A DNA stretch of 64,000 bases. It comes from Phoronis australis (taxonomy: Eukaryota; Animalia; Phoronida). The notes below the pieces were generated by a model. That model searched no databases. It was not told the DNA's origin and saw nothing but the letters and a program-made list of their open reading frames with translations. Position numbers and translations under genes: made by a program. Location: assembly GCA_002633005.1 (NCBI GenBank), contig NMRA01000545.1, positions 93,690-157,689 on the forward strand, in the 5' to 3' direction. How positions within the stretch are numbered: the first letter of the stretch is position 1; each line of letters starts with the position of its first letter. Of the stretch, positions 13,601 to 28,600 are shown piece after piece.

Positions 13601-16600
13601 AAGGGGAATACGAAGAGACTACAAACCATACTGGAGTGACCACCTGCAGAGTCTCCATGACCAAGTAACATCAACAAGACAGCAACTTGAAAAAGACCCA
13701 TCCCCAGAAAACACAGCAATCTACAACCATGCAAGAGCTGCATTTGATGAGGAAAAACCAACAGAAATTCGCAAATCCTGGCACGAAAAGACCAGCTCTC
13801 TAAACATGGAGAAAGACACAGGGAAACTCTGGCAGCTCACAAAGACCCTAAACGACAACCACCAGTGCACTCCAATAGTAACGCTCCTAAAAGAAAGTGG
13901 ACAGACTTACACTGGGAGGAGAACCGCATCCCTGCTTGCTGAGAATTTTAGAGATGACAGTCTCCTGGACATTCCTAGGCAGAAAACAGCAGAAGTCCGA
14001 ACAAAGAAAACAGAGGAAATGAGAAAGAGGCAACAACAACAAACTGTCAGCATGACTAACGACTTCACCATGTAAGAACTGAACAATTTCATCAGACAAC
14101 TCAAGACCAAGAAGGCACCCGGAAAGGACGGCATCAGCAATGATATGATTCAACACCTTGGCAGTCTCACCAAACAGAAGCTTCTGGATATTTACAACCA
14201 GTCTTGGAGAATGGAGTTTTTCCAGTCAGCTGGAAGGAAGCCATAATCATTCCAATCTTAAAGAAGGGGAAGGACAGGCACAGCAAGAGCAGCTATCGCC
14301 ACATCAGCCTTCTCAGCTGTACCGGCAAACTCATGGAACGCATGATCAACAAACTTCTGCAATATCACCTAGAAAAGAGCGGACTTATTAACCCCACCCA
14401 GTCAAGGTTCAGAAAGAACAGAAGCACAGAGGATCAGATCACACTCCTCACCCAAGACATAGAAAATGACTTTCAGCAGAACATGAAGACACTAGCCGTC
14501 TTTGTGGACCTATCTAAACCTTCGATAAGGTCTAGAAGGAAGGCTTACTCCTCAAGCTCCTCCAAAAGCAAGTATGTGACAAAATGTATGCGTGGATTAA
14601 TAGTTACCTCTTCCAAAGATCTGCGCGCGTAAAGCTGGAAGGACAGACAAGCAAGCTGATTAGGACTAGGGAAGGAGTACCCCAGGGCAGCATAATATCG
14701 CCTACACTCTTTGTTGTATTCATTGATGACATTGATGACCACCTGTCTACGCACATTTCAGGGATTATCCATGCAAATGACCAGGCTGTATGGACAAAAG
14801 CAGAATACATCACCACAGCAGCTTACAGAATGCAGGGAGCCATAGACATCAACCTAAACTGGGTAAAAGAGTGTGTGGTCATGATCAACAGGACCAAAAC
14901 AGAGGCCACGTGCTTTCCCATCTACCCCAAAAAAGAAGAGTTCTCGCTCCAGCTAGAAGGCCAGAATTTTCCCCACCAAGAAACCCCAACCTACCTTGGG
15001 GTTAAACTGGACAAGAGGCTTACTTGGTCCCCTCACATTGCTGCCATGCGCAGCAAAGCTACAAAGAAAATTGCTGTGATGAAGAAACTTGCTGGTACCA
15101 GTTGGGGTGCAAACACGAAGATCTTGATCCAAGTTTACACGGGATCTGTCGGACCCCAGGTGGAGTATGCCTCTAACGCATGGTCTACAGCTGCCAAAAA
15201 CAACACAGACAACTTAGCCAGGGTCTAGAATATTGGTCTGTGCTTAATCACAGGTAGCATGAAGACCACCCCCATCACGAAAATGGAGAAGACGACAGGC
15301 TTAAGCTCATTGGAAAAAAGACGGGATGAGAAACTCCTGAGACAGGGCGAAAAGATTAAGCGGCGTCCATCACATCCACTGCACTCCAAACTCCAAGTCC
15401 CGACCAAAAACCGCATGAAGAGGCAGAGCCCAAACCACCTCATCAAGGCACTTTAGCTGAAACATCAACCTCTGCTATCCTCAATCAACCAACCACTAGA
15501 AATGCTCCAAGACTTTGAAGAATGGTCCCTGAACGTTCCCCACATCATTCTCGACATCCCTGGGATTAAAGCAAAGAATACACAACTGGAGACAGTCCTG
15601 AAGGCCCTCACCCTAGAAACCCTAGACAGAGACTACCCTACCACCACCTGGACCCGAGTTTATACAGATGGCTGTGCAGAGAATGTTTTCAGAAATGGGG
15701 GAGGTAGGGTATTCATCAAATACCCAGACGGCAGCAATCTGCGCAAGTCCATTGCCACTGGCCTTCACTCCACCAACTACAGAGCTGAGGCAAATGCCCT
15801 ATACCTCGCAGCCCAGATACTCAACCAGCAAACGAGGCTCCCGGATCAGACAGTCTTCCTTACAGACTGCCGATCTCTTGTACAGAGCCTCCAGACAACA
15901 GAGAGGGACCAGATCCTGCAATCCATCAAACAAGAGATGTACATTTTCAACAGGAAAACCAGTGTTGTGCTGCAATAGATTCCCTCCCACTGCGGCATCA
16001 GCGGCAACGAGGAAGCAGACAGACTCTCCAAGGCAGGAAGCAAACTGGAGCAGACATCACACCCATCATCATATGGAGAAATAAAAACCCTCCTACGAAG
16101 TCACTTTAGAAATGCCTGGAGGGTACGTCTACATCTGGGGACCAGCTTGACCGGCAGGAACAAGTCACTATCTTCAGGCTAAGAACCGGCCACTGCCAGC
16201 TGCTCTCCCACATGCATCGCCTGAAAATCTCTCCACAGACGAGTGCCCCTGTGGCACTGGCCCCCAGACACCTGAGCATTTACTGCAGAGCTGCTCTATG
16301 TTCGATTACTTAAGGCGCCAGACATAGACCAGTCCGGTGGAACTCAAGGTAAAACTGTGGGGCCCGACGGCATCATTGCGGCGAACTGCAGACTTCGCCC
16401 AAAAGACCAGACTGACTATCTAAGCTACATGGCTGGGAACGCTGAAGAAGAAGAAGAAGTAACGATCTTTCGGGTGATTTGGCGGAGAGAGAGACAGACG
16501 ACTAAAATAATAAAAATAGCAACTATGTGGCGCAAAAAACGTCTAGTCCGGCAAAGGGTCATGGCGACGCTGAAGTCGGCGCATATCAACCACGTGGCGC

Positions 16601-19600
16601 AAAGTACTTCAAATCCATCAGGAAAATTTCATGAAAAACCATCAAGGAACCCTGAAGAAACAGAGATAACATTAACAATCAACAGAGTCACAAGGGAGGA
16701 TAGGGGTAGTCCAGTGGATCCAGAGTCAGATGTAAGGGGGGCATGACCATGAAAGTTCTCCGAGATTCCATTTGGCAGTTTGGGGGTGCGAATATCTGAC
16801 AGGCAAAATCCTGGCTAATGCTCTGCCCTGGTCCCCCTAAATCAAAATCCTGGATCCACCACTGAGATCCGTCATCCGTCGTCAGCTTCATTGCAAATCA
16901 CCTGTCGAATCCCCTTGAAAGAGGTTTTAAGAGATACAGCAACGGCGCTGGAGGCTTCAAGCCCAGGCAGAGTTGTCGGTAGCGCACAACCACGTTTGTA
17001 TAGGTGGGTGCATAAAAAAATCGTAGTTCTTTATAGCACCTTGTGCAAAAAGAAAACATTCATTTCAGCAGTGCAACATTTCAGTATCTGAAAGTTTCTT
17101 TGGGGTTCAATAAACCATGTCTGCAATAAGCTGTTTCAAAGATGAGCAAATTTCGACATTTTTCTTACGTTATTCAAAACCTTTAATTTGACAGTAGGCT
17201 GTTTTGGAAGGTCTAAAATGGAAAAATCATAGTTGAAATGATGTTTATAACTGCAATCGATTTAGCAACAAGCTTTGCCGTATGCTGATTGTGCCTCTCT
17301 CCTAATAAGCAGCGCTAATTTTACGTTGCGTCGGGCAATCGTAAACTCATACATACTGACGGAAACGTGGTGATTGTTATCATGAAGCGCAATGCTCGTG
17401 TGCATAATGCGTTGGAAAACAACGCCAGCGATCGGTCCTGGGTTCGAGCATTCATTGCCGTTGAATGTCAGATACCATCGGGAACATCCGGGAACCATTT
17501 CCAATTCTCTGATGTCACCTTGGTAGTAAATGCGCAGTTGACTGAGTGACGACTGCTTCACGTACGTTACCGACTATAAGGATACAAAAGAAAGGAGTTT
17601 CTCAGTCACACACAAAACGGCTAAAAATCCGCCTTCCTTGACAAAACCAACTTTTGGTTCAGACCACTTACCATTACAAATTGGTTCAACATTCTAAAAT
17701 AACAAAGCTTCCAGTTTCAAACACCAATGATCAAGAGAACCCTACCTCCATAGGTATTAAAGCGGCAGTAGCAATAAACCCGCCTTCTATCACAAATTTT
17801 TGATTCAGACCATTTCCATTTATGGAAACTGGTCTCAAACTGTTCATTAGTGGAGGTGATTTCAGACCGTTATTGTTTGCGACCAGGCTGTTCAGATCGG
17901 CTTGTCTCGGAATGTCATATAACACGGCGAGAATGGTCAGTTTATTACAAATCTAGAGGTCACTTCTCATCTGAGTAGGAAAAATTTGAGATCAATTTTA
18001 TAGTGGAAAGTGAACTGAATCAAAGTTTGCTTCTTACAAGAAACTCGGGTTGATTTAAAAGCGTGAATTATACCTACAATGTAGAGTTCTCTGGGTGTTG
18101 TTTTTGACAAAACAGTAGTCTCGTCATATCTTGCTAGATTACCTGCGCGGAAATAGGCACATACATACTGCTAATCGGACTTACAATGAGGAGAATGGGT
18201 CCCTCGTCCGTGCCGTCGCTGAGCGACCACCACCACCATTGGTGTATGTTGTGTTCAGGTAAGCGATGTAGTTTGCCATCAGCAGTCATCACTGCAATAG
18301 TAAGAGATCTGAACAGAGACGGTAGTCTCACAGTAAGCAGGTAGCCATTGTCTGGGGGAGTAAAAGTTTGCGATAAATGTAGATGTAGATATTAAATGCT
18401 AATAACATCAAAAATCCTAACGCTCATTGTAGTGTGATGCGTCACGTACACATACGCGTATTATATTTCATTAAAGACACGACTTAGACGCGTATTAATA
18501 TAACAAGTAGTACCGAAAAAACGAAGGTCTTGGATGTCAGTACATGGTGGCAGCGGTGGGATTTCGTAACTTTAACAAGCAGCAGACTGGTAATACTCAT
18601 ACTGACTTTAATCAACTCCTGCAACATTGACTCAAACTGTTCACAATAACGGATTTTATGTATAGCTTTTATGTTGACATTCCCGTTTTAGAGTCACAAA
18701 GTTTCGATAGATGGCGTCGCATAGGCCTGTCCTACGAATTGCAGTCTCGGACTGCACCATATGTATAGAACAATTTAAACCGTGGAAACAACGTGCACAA
18801 TTTTTTCGGGGACATCCAAAAAAACCGGCGAAAAACTAGTGCTTTCCATACTTGAAGGATGATGAAGGTCTGAAAATATATAATACCTTCCAACTGACTG
18901 AAGATTACTCTAAACAACCGAACGTTTTTTGACAGATTTGAGGAGCGACTGTCCGCTGTCAAACCTAATTTCCGTGCAGTCAGACTGGACTTAAACTTTA
19001 TGTATCAACAGCAATTTGAAAAGCTTGTTCAGTTTGTTACCAAATTTAAAACGAAAACTGTTAATTGTTAATTCGAACCACAAGAAGAGAAAGAACGCAC
19101 TGTGGAACAAATCTTGGAGATCACACCTCTGGTCGATTTGCAGAAATGACTGCTGACCGAGAGCAAAGACGCTTCGTTGAGCGACATAAGCATATCAGCC
19201 ATAGCAGGTCAGCCACTAAGGTCAATCATGAAGTCGGCGCCTTTAAGAAACCCGAACCCCGAAATACTTCAAACTCAAAAACACAGTCAGCCTGCAAATG
19301 TTGTGGCCTCACATACGCGGTAAGCAATTTTGTCCCGCTCGAGATGCAACGTGATATGCATGTGGTAACACCGGACACTGGTCTTCACTAGATCTGCACA
19401 AACCCATCCTGTCACAAAACCTTGACCGCCCTCAAACCACCAAAACCCAACACCTCAAACAACATTGTCATTTTCACAAGCTGTTCGAGGACAACGGTGA
19501 ATACCGCAACACTGACCAAATTTCGACCGATGTTCAAGACATCGAGTACAACACTATACGTTCCGTTGGGGAGGAGAAGAGAACACAAGCTTATGTAAAG

Positions 19601-22600
19601 AGCCAGGTTAAGCGCCAAAGCGACTCAAGACTTTTCAACCGTATACTGCAAGGTGGACTCTGGTGCCGAGGGAAATACCCCCCCCCCCTTGCGAATTTTT
19701 CTACAAATGTCCCCTGAGCTTCTCAACGAACATGGATTCCCAAATGTTCAGAGAGAACATGTAAGCAGTACGGGCAACACATCTTCAACTGCTTTAAATG
19801 GCACCATCATCCAAGGTTAAGACAGCATCGCTCTTGACTGTGACTTCAGCCTAAACTTATCAAAACCAGATTCTATATAGTGAAGGCCGAGGGTACCATT
19901 TTTGTCTTTTGAAATACTCAATATTCTCACACTCAACGCCAATGTACAGTCGGTTGACTACAACACCAAATTACCAGAAAAAAACTCAAACACAGAGAAA
20001 CAGACTATTCAGCCCCAATTACCCTCTGATATCATTTCTTTTAAGGACTTAAAGTATAGGTATCCCAACAAGTTTGTCAGAATTGGTAACCTACCGGGAA
20101 AGGTCAAGCCTGACGCAACACCGTTCACAGATCCTCCCAGAAAATACTTCATCCACATACGTGATTGACTCCGTGAGGATAAGATGCAGAGCCAATAAGT
20201 TATATCCCAAAATGCAATGAACATTCAGAATGGTGCAACAGTGTGACTACGGTGATCAATCCCGACGAGTCGTTGAAAGAGTGCTTGGACCCGAAACGCT
20301 TAAAGGCAGCCACACAAAACGTCAACACCCGAAGAAATTACACATAGACTGAACGGTGCTAAGTACTTCTCAAAGGTGGATGCCAAATCCGGGTATTGGA
20401 GCATCAAGCTCGATGGAGCTAGTCAAAGCTTTGACCACATTCCGGACACCTTTCGGCCCATATAAGCACTTACGATTGCCAATGGGTCTGTCAGTTTCAC
20501 AGGATTTATTCCAACAGCTTGTCGACCAAATCCTCGAACAGTGCCCTGTCGTGGTGTAAGGACGTACCGAGTGCGACCACGAACACAATCTCACCTGTCT
20601 AATGGATGTTGTATCCAAGAACTGTCTCGTTTTCAATAGCAATAAAAGTCACATCAAGAAACGGGACTTCACATTCTTCGGCATGGTATGTGGAATCGAT
20701 GGCGTTAATTCTGGCCCTAGAAAGGTCGACGACCTCCAGACCGTGCTTCAACCAACCAACAGAACTGAGCTACAAAAATTCATGGGTCTCATCACTTATC
20801 TGTCTCCATTCAATCAAAATTTGTCCCCACATGCAGAACCACTGAGAGCATTGCTCTACCAAGATGTTCCGTTTGACTGGGTCGGACGACTACACGCATA
20901 TCTACAAATCACTCAAGTCGACTATTTCCAAAGACGCTTGTCTGAAGAACTAAGATAATAGAGCCCCAACCTTCCTTATAGTTGATTCTAGCCTTCAAGG
21001 CCTGGGTGCAGCGCTGCTTCAGCCAGACAAGCTCAATGATAATCACTATTCCAAACAATATCGTCCTGTAGCTTTTGCAAATCGCTAACTCAGACACAGC
21101 GAAACTACGCCGCTGCTACCACACCTATCTATACGAAAGACCATTTACCGTGATTTCGGATCACAGACCTCTTGAAATGACTTGGAACAAACCAATAACA
21201 GCAGCTTCACATCGACTACAAGCGACGCGTCTCAGTTTACAAGGGCATAACTTTATCATAATGTACTTACCGGGGAAAGACATTGGTATAGTTAATGCAT
21301 TCATCCTACTACAAGGAAAGATTGTCTAGACCTCGATATACGCGTTGAAACTCTCCACACTCTTTGCACATTGAGAGAAATGATCTCCGGTGGTTGGCCA
21401 GACGCAGACAGACGCGTCCCGGGCCACATTCGTCAGGTTTGGTCACATTATGATGAACGATGGTGTCATCATGAAAGGAGGAGTGATGATACCAGAACCA
21501 ATCCATCCACAGATACTGCCTAACCTGCACTCCGGGCGCCTTGGCAATAGAAGAACACAACTCCGTGCACGAAAAGATATCTTTTGGCCGGTCATAAACA
21601 TCGTCGACCTGTGCAAACCCTATGATGTCAGGATTAACAACCTAACCCAAAGAAAGAAGCTCTTCTGCAGACAGAACTGTCCTCCTGTGCATGGACCTCT
21701 TCCAGATTGAAAACAAACACTACTTGATTCTCTTAAACTACTATTCCCATTAGTTGAGTTACTCCCTAGTCCGACAACCTCGTCTGTTATAAAGAAGTAC
21801 TGCAACCTCGTGGGCATTTCTGATGTAATCTATTTTAGTGTGAGCGATCATCTATTAGTATATTTTACACGTAATTTACACAGAACGCCCTTAAGTGCCC
21901 ACAAAACTATTGACGTAAGATCGCTCGAGAATATTACTCTAAAGTGCTTCTACTCGATGACAGGCTCAGCATTGATTGGGAACCTGTCCTGTAGTGAAGA
22001 GATAATCTCTTCCTAGTAGTACCTACAAAACGAAGTTATTGTGTGTCATAACACTCATTTGTGCAGTTGGAAAAAGGAACCTATTTGACAGTTTCGAACT
22101 TCAAAGTGAGCCCTTCTCTAGGGAATTTTGCCAGGAAAGGGATCTTTTTGTAGGTATATTTTTCAAAAAAGTACCTTTTGTTGGGAAAATGGTCGAGAAA
22201 AAGTCACTCTTCTGGGCGGCACATTCTGTGTACTTGTTATATTATAGTACCCTCAGAGCCACAGTTAGGTGACAGGGAGGTGCGTGCCAGTGACTACCGC
22301 AAACAAACACATGTATCCGTTGAACCGTTTCAGTATCTTAAGAAGCGCAAAGTAATGCTTAGTATGGGTAGGTTGGCTGGTAAAATAACTTATTTTTCCA
22401 CTTCACAGGAGTGTGGCGATTTCGAAAGAATTTCTTTCGAAGCGCGATATTCAAATTAATACCTTTGAAGTCGAATGTGGAAGATGATTTACTTATGAAA
22501 AAGGTACGAGCCTGTCTATTCTGTAAACAATTTAAAAATATAATATCCTTTTATGCATTCACTAATTTAGAACGCAGGATGAGTTTCGAGAGTCGAAACC

Positions 22601-25600
22601 TGTCAATAGAATAAGAAATTTAGCAACTTTTGTGCCTGCATTATAACACTGCTTACTTTTTTCTTTGTGTTTAAAGTGGGCGGGGCTAATGCAAAAACCT
22701 CATTACAAAGGGTGACAGCTGATTGACTACCCATAACGCCACTAAATACAGTGGCCAATTTAGGTGGTGGTCGTGGTCTTGCGTTAAAAGCCGTTTGACG
22801 AAGTTTTCAATTAAAGTGAAGCATGAAGAGTGTCTTTAATGCTTTTGATAAATAAAATGAAAGTAATTGTTGCTTTTATTCAATGAGTTGACGAAGTTTA
22901 CAGAATCATTGCTCAAGTCGTTACTACCGTTATGTAGAAGACCAAATTATCCAAATTTGGAGCCCGCTACTGTGGGAATGAGTGCTATAAGTTTACATGT
23001 ATATGACATTTTCTTTTAAGTTGGCCAAAGGTAGAATTTTGAAATGCTTTATCAAAGTTTTGATCTCATTGAATAAAATATCCTGCTTCACTATATAGTA
23101 TGGTAGCCAGGGTAAGACTATTAAGTCTTAAAATGAGTGTGGTTCACCCCTTATTGTGACGCGGCAATTTTTGACGTGTGCCAGGAGAAAGTTTTCGACT
23201 AAACGCACCAGAAAACTCTTCCGGGAGACGCGGGTTTTCATAGAAACAGGAAAACGAAAATGGCTTGATAATAATAGGAAGGGATGAGGTATAAAGAACA
23301 GTTAATAATTCTACTTGCTCCACTAGAGTTTAAATACCTGTGTTGAGCAACTGATCTCTAAACGCATGTATCAACTCAAGTATTTCAACTCTAGTGCAGG
23401 CAATTCAGCGTTCTGTGAACATTTTAACACTAACCGAAGCATTTTTGACAGCAATAACGTCATAACTTTGGATCAAAACTCTTGCTCCAGAACCATTGAC
23501 TCGTTGCCCCAGAGGTCAGAAGTCATAGACAACACTGATTGGGCACCAATTTTCGCAATCTGTGCCGGGTAGCAAGAAACAGTCCCAAATGGGGATTTAA
23601 CTAAGTTTCCAAAATCTTTTGCCTATTTGCGTCTTTGCTCACTCACAGATGTAATCTTTTTCTATTATTTTTTCTTTGTTATGGCGTCCTCTTTGACTAA
23701 AGACACTTTCTAATAATATAACTAAAACTGAGCCCTGAATTCAATGAAAATAAATAGGGACTTAGTGCTTAAGTTAGGAGAGTTACATGAAAATATCGCA
23801 TTACATTTTCGATAATGTTGAGAATGCAACGTCGAGTTCACTCTCGATTTGTATCAAAGCCAAAAATTGACTTGGAAATGAAACTAAAACAGCGTAAGAA
23901 AGGGCAATCAGTGTTGTCACAAGTCCACAAATACGCATTAGATTTAAGGAACTGAGCTGAGTGCCTATTTGGGACTGTTTTATGCAACCGGCCACAGGAT
24001 CCCAGCATACTATGATTTCGTTCTAGTTACACACCTGCTGTGACGTCTTGGTCATACCGTATTTCTTCTATGATCAGCCTACTCATTTGGTGCCATCCAG
24101 TGTGAACCTCCGGAAAATGTTCAAATTGCTGAACATAAATCTGCACAGATATCAGCCCGGCTCTAATATTGTTGCACATGCCTGTCACTGAAAGAGATTT
24201 AAATGTGGACAACATGACGACCGTCGGACATCTGAGTATGAGTTCGGCAAAATAATTTCTTAGATAAACGACGCTGAACTTAACCTAAACAATGTTAAAG
24301 CTAGTCTTTACTCGTATACAGACGAGTTTTTCAAGGATTATTTTTACTCAAGTTTTCTTGCATATATATGCATGGCGTCAGAGCGTCACTTATAGACGGA
24401 GGCGACTACCCAACACGTGGTCATGTGTGTAGAAGTTTTGATGTGAAACAGCGCACAACTTTTCATTTTGTTCATAGAGTTTTCGGCATTGTAGAATAAT
24501 GGCAACGAGTTCAATGACGTTTTCACTACCAGACAAGACCCATTGAGTTCTATACAGTGCCTCCTTACGAAATATATACTATGTAGCTAGAAAAAAGTGT
24601 AGCAGAACCATCTTCAATCGCATAGAAATTTGTTTATTACTTATCAAAGGTCAAAGGTTACAAGACTGTCACTCAAATCGAATCTCCCGCCAGGCAGAGC
24701 AGTTCCGTGTCTATCCTCAGTCCTTTCGGTTTCCGAGTCTCCATAATATTGAGCCAACGAAACGTATAGAGCATAGACAGATAACGCGGAAAACGAAAAC
24801 AAAAGATAGTATTGATCCTGAGGATTTGTGCGTCAGTACATGTAGTAATACTGGGCCCAGACAGTAATTATATTTGACGATCCCTGTGTGGATCCCGGAA
24901 AGAGGTCACGCCTCAGGTCAGCCAAAGGTTAAGGAGTCGTTGCCATTTTTTGCATACAAACTCCCGAGATGGCTAAAAATAAGCAGGCTACAGCACGTCG
25001 ACATCAGTACTGCGCTATGAGGTAACGACAAGCCATAAAAAATCGAAAAATAAGCAACATAGATTCCCGTCCTAACTTGTGCAACTGACAAAACTTAAAA
25101 TGGAAAAAGTACTGAATTGTACTTGTTAGCAGCTGCCCTTAATTAATATAAGTATGTGTCATCTCTGCGTGATGGTAATTCTACAATTCCATCATTGACG
25201 GAAACATTTCATAAAAGGCAAGTTTTAGATCTTTTGTGTAATGAATTTTGAAACTTGATGTTTTAAAGACAACCTTCGCTGTATTTTCATTCTAGCATTA
25301 TAGAACCAATCCCATCATTTGAACTATTATCGTATTATTTCCCAAGAATTGAAATTATCGAAACCTATTGCGTAAATGCCCTTTGATTAAATTTGCCTTA
25401 AAATACATTTTTGTTAAGCTTATAAAGTGATGCGAAAAGTGTATACTTCAATAACGAGTGACTAAGGTTCTTTTTGATTAAATTCCAATGTTTTTGTGTT
25501 CACTTTGTCCTCCATCACTTGTCTTTTTGTATAAAATTAACTGAAACAGACTCTTTCTTGAATGTAAGTATAGACGCTATTTCCTTTTAAACGGAAGCCT

Positions 25601-28600
25601 TTATTGATTCCCCCTCCAGAATTTTTTAGTTTCAGCACCTTTAGATAAGTCTGTGGCATTCCCACTCTTCTGTATACCTTTTCTACTAAATTTTGATTTC
25701 TCATCTTCCCCTTCCACGTAATACAGACGGATCACGTATGGTGAATAATCTTACCCGTGGAAAAACGATGAGCAAGTTAGGCGAGGATTCAGATGAAATT
25801 CAAAATAACATCAAGAATCAGGGTTATTAGTACTAAAAAGTTGTTTAATGTTCTTGGAAAGCCTTAAACAAGAACACCTAGAAGTACCCGCCTTCTTGAG
25901 AGAGTACCTTTTACCGACAGAGAAGCATTTCACTCTGACGGAGGAAAAAGATAAAGTCAGTGGTTCTAGACGGTACTTTGTTTAGTGTGATTTAATGTGA
26001 CATTGAGGTACCAACACATCTGAGCGAGGATTTCTCCGAAATTCTCTAGATTTTTAAAAAGGCAAACATCGTGATCGACGACATTAGCCCTCACATGAAA
26101 GGACTTGCTGAGGAAAACGGTCTCTTGAAATCGCCTCGTCGCTCACCGATTGGAAGTTTTTTGGCTCGAACATTTTGCTGGCTACGCCGTTAACAAAATA
26201 GTATACATGCATGCTGCACGAACTGGACATGGCAACTATACATCAAGTGGTCGAGTACACGCCGAATGCGTGTCTCGAACACCTTGGAAACGACGTGGGC
26301 GACGCCAGACGAGAACGGAATGAAGACAAAACCAAAGCCATCATCGCCGACACCATGAAACTCCTGGGAAACTCGGGTAAATGCATCTTGTCAGTCTAAC
26401 CTTAAATCCAAGAAAGAATGCTGTTTAGTTCTTAAACAAATGAGTTGCTTTTCTACGATGTGTTGTTACCGTGGTTGTATAACCCTTGTGTCTTTTCTTT
26501 CACCGTATGGTAAACCGAAGACAAACAAGGAAAACCACAGAGAAATCTTTTGTAGTGAGCACCAAGCGACACGCAAACCTCAGTTTTCGCGATTGTGTCA
26601 CACCATTTATACTGACGTAGACGTTTTTGAAATTGAAATGAAGAAAAATAATCCATTACTTTTGATTTCCTGATTCAAACTGTGTACCAGTACGCGAAAC
26701 TGCGCGTGCGTGATTTCTATTGCGATTTTATGTTGAGATTCTTTGACCGCGAAGACTTCCAACACTGCAATATGGATGCAGATAACGCCTACGTGGCTAC
26801 TTTGGCACAAACCAGCGACGACATCCTTAAGCCCGAAATGCGTGACGTCTACCAAAAAGAAAAATATCTGCAGTTCTCACATCAAGACACAAAAGAAAAC
26901 GCGGCGTACAACAAAGGAAAATTCATTTTTTCACTTAGTGTTGTCTAGTGATTTCGGTTCATTGTTTATTTCTTTAGTGTAAATTTGTATTGAGTGTTGT
27001 GTGCTTACTAATTTTATTCCATTTTTAAATTTTGTTGGTTGCACGCGATAGGACGAATTCACTGTTGTTTGTTTTGGACTCTTTTACCTTGCCGTGACCT
27101 CATAACGTAGCACTAATGTCGACTTGCTGCAGCCAGCTTGTTTTTAGCCATCTCGAGATATTGTCCTTGGATGACCATCTGCCACTCAACGTACAAGTGA
27201 TTTCGGTTCATTCTCAAAGTAAGAACTGTCAAAGCCCTATATTACTACTTGCGTGTGCATGCATACGGCAGTAGAAAGCTAGTGCGAGTCGCCGCACCGC
27301 CTTTGTGACTTATTGTCAACGAACACAACAAGTAGTGGAAAAAGATAAACCCTCGCCAAAATTCATTTATTTGATCAGTAATGTGACACTTGGCTGTTTA
27401 GATCTCGTACTTGAACCACCAACTCGGTTTCTATTGTCCATTTAGTAGTTGGTTGAATTGCTGAACTGCTTAACTGAACCCGCCTTTGTCCTGTTTAGAC
27501 TGGAGGCACATTAAAAAGATTAACGTTTTAGCGATAGTTAAATTAATTACGCACTGCAAATTCAGTTGACATTGAAAGTGAATGTTAAAATGGCGAACAT
27601 GGTTATTGACAAATAACAAGTGTTCACCGTCGTATTTTCTTCTCGGCTTCGGCAAATCGATTTAATTTGAACATAGGAACATGAGTTCTCGAAAACGGCT
27701 TGGTGGACTTCGCTGAAACTTTTCAATTTCAATATGTATTCATCAGTTTCAAAACTGCTGTTAAGATTTTCTTTTCAAACGCCTAGTTTTTCCGTAAGTA
27801 ATACGATTGCTATTTTTACAAAATACCTTACGTTTTGTGAGTTAAATTAGTTGAACACGCCTAACGGAATTTTTGAGGTGAATTATGAAGTTTTCACTTA
27901 AAAATGGTTTCATTAAAATCCACCATGGAGTTATTTTGATATGAATGTACTTTTCTTAAAAACAAAGTTTTGACTTAAATAGATGGTTACGTAATAATAA
28001 TAAAAGCACATAACTATAAAACATATTTTTATAATCTCTGATCTTTTTTGGTTCAGAAATTGTATACTTTTTGTTATTGACATAGCCTGTGTTTTGATAT
28101 GCCAGGTAGAATGAAGTTCATTAAATAAGGTTTTAATCAGAAAGGTGAAATTTCAACTTCAAAACATTGCCAAATTCTGGCACTAATTCTTCTCTCTGTC
28201 ACCAACCAAAACAAACATGTTATTTTTGTTCTGTACTTTTTCATTTTTGGTAAACAATCAAGAAATAGTTTTTTACATGCACAACATGGGCGGGCACTTC
28301 GAATTACCCCCGAAAAATCGATGGTCACCAGGTTCATATTTTCACTTGATTAAGTAGACAAGCAGTTGGATGGCACACTTTTGGAATGTACTTTTTTGCC
28401 TCATGTTAAGCATTGGCTGGGAATTTGTGGTTTGGGCTGAATAACTGTCAATTTGCGTTTTGACACCTTTTCTGAGTCTCGCTTCCTTTTTCAGTGGAAG
28501 TTAAAGGGCCTAAAGTACGAGACAGAAAAAAAATTATCACGGACCATGTGTAGTGGTTGTGGCGTGAAACGGCTCACAACATTTTGTTCATAGTTGTTAA

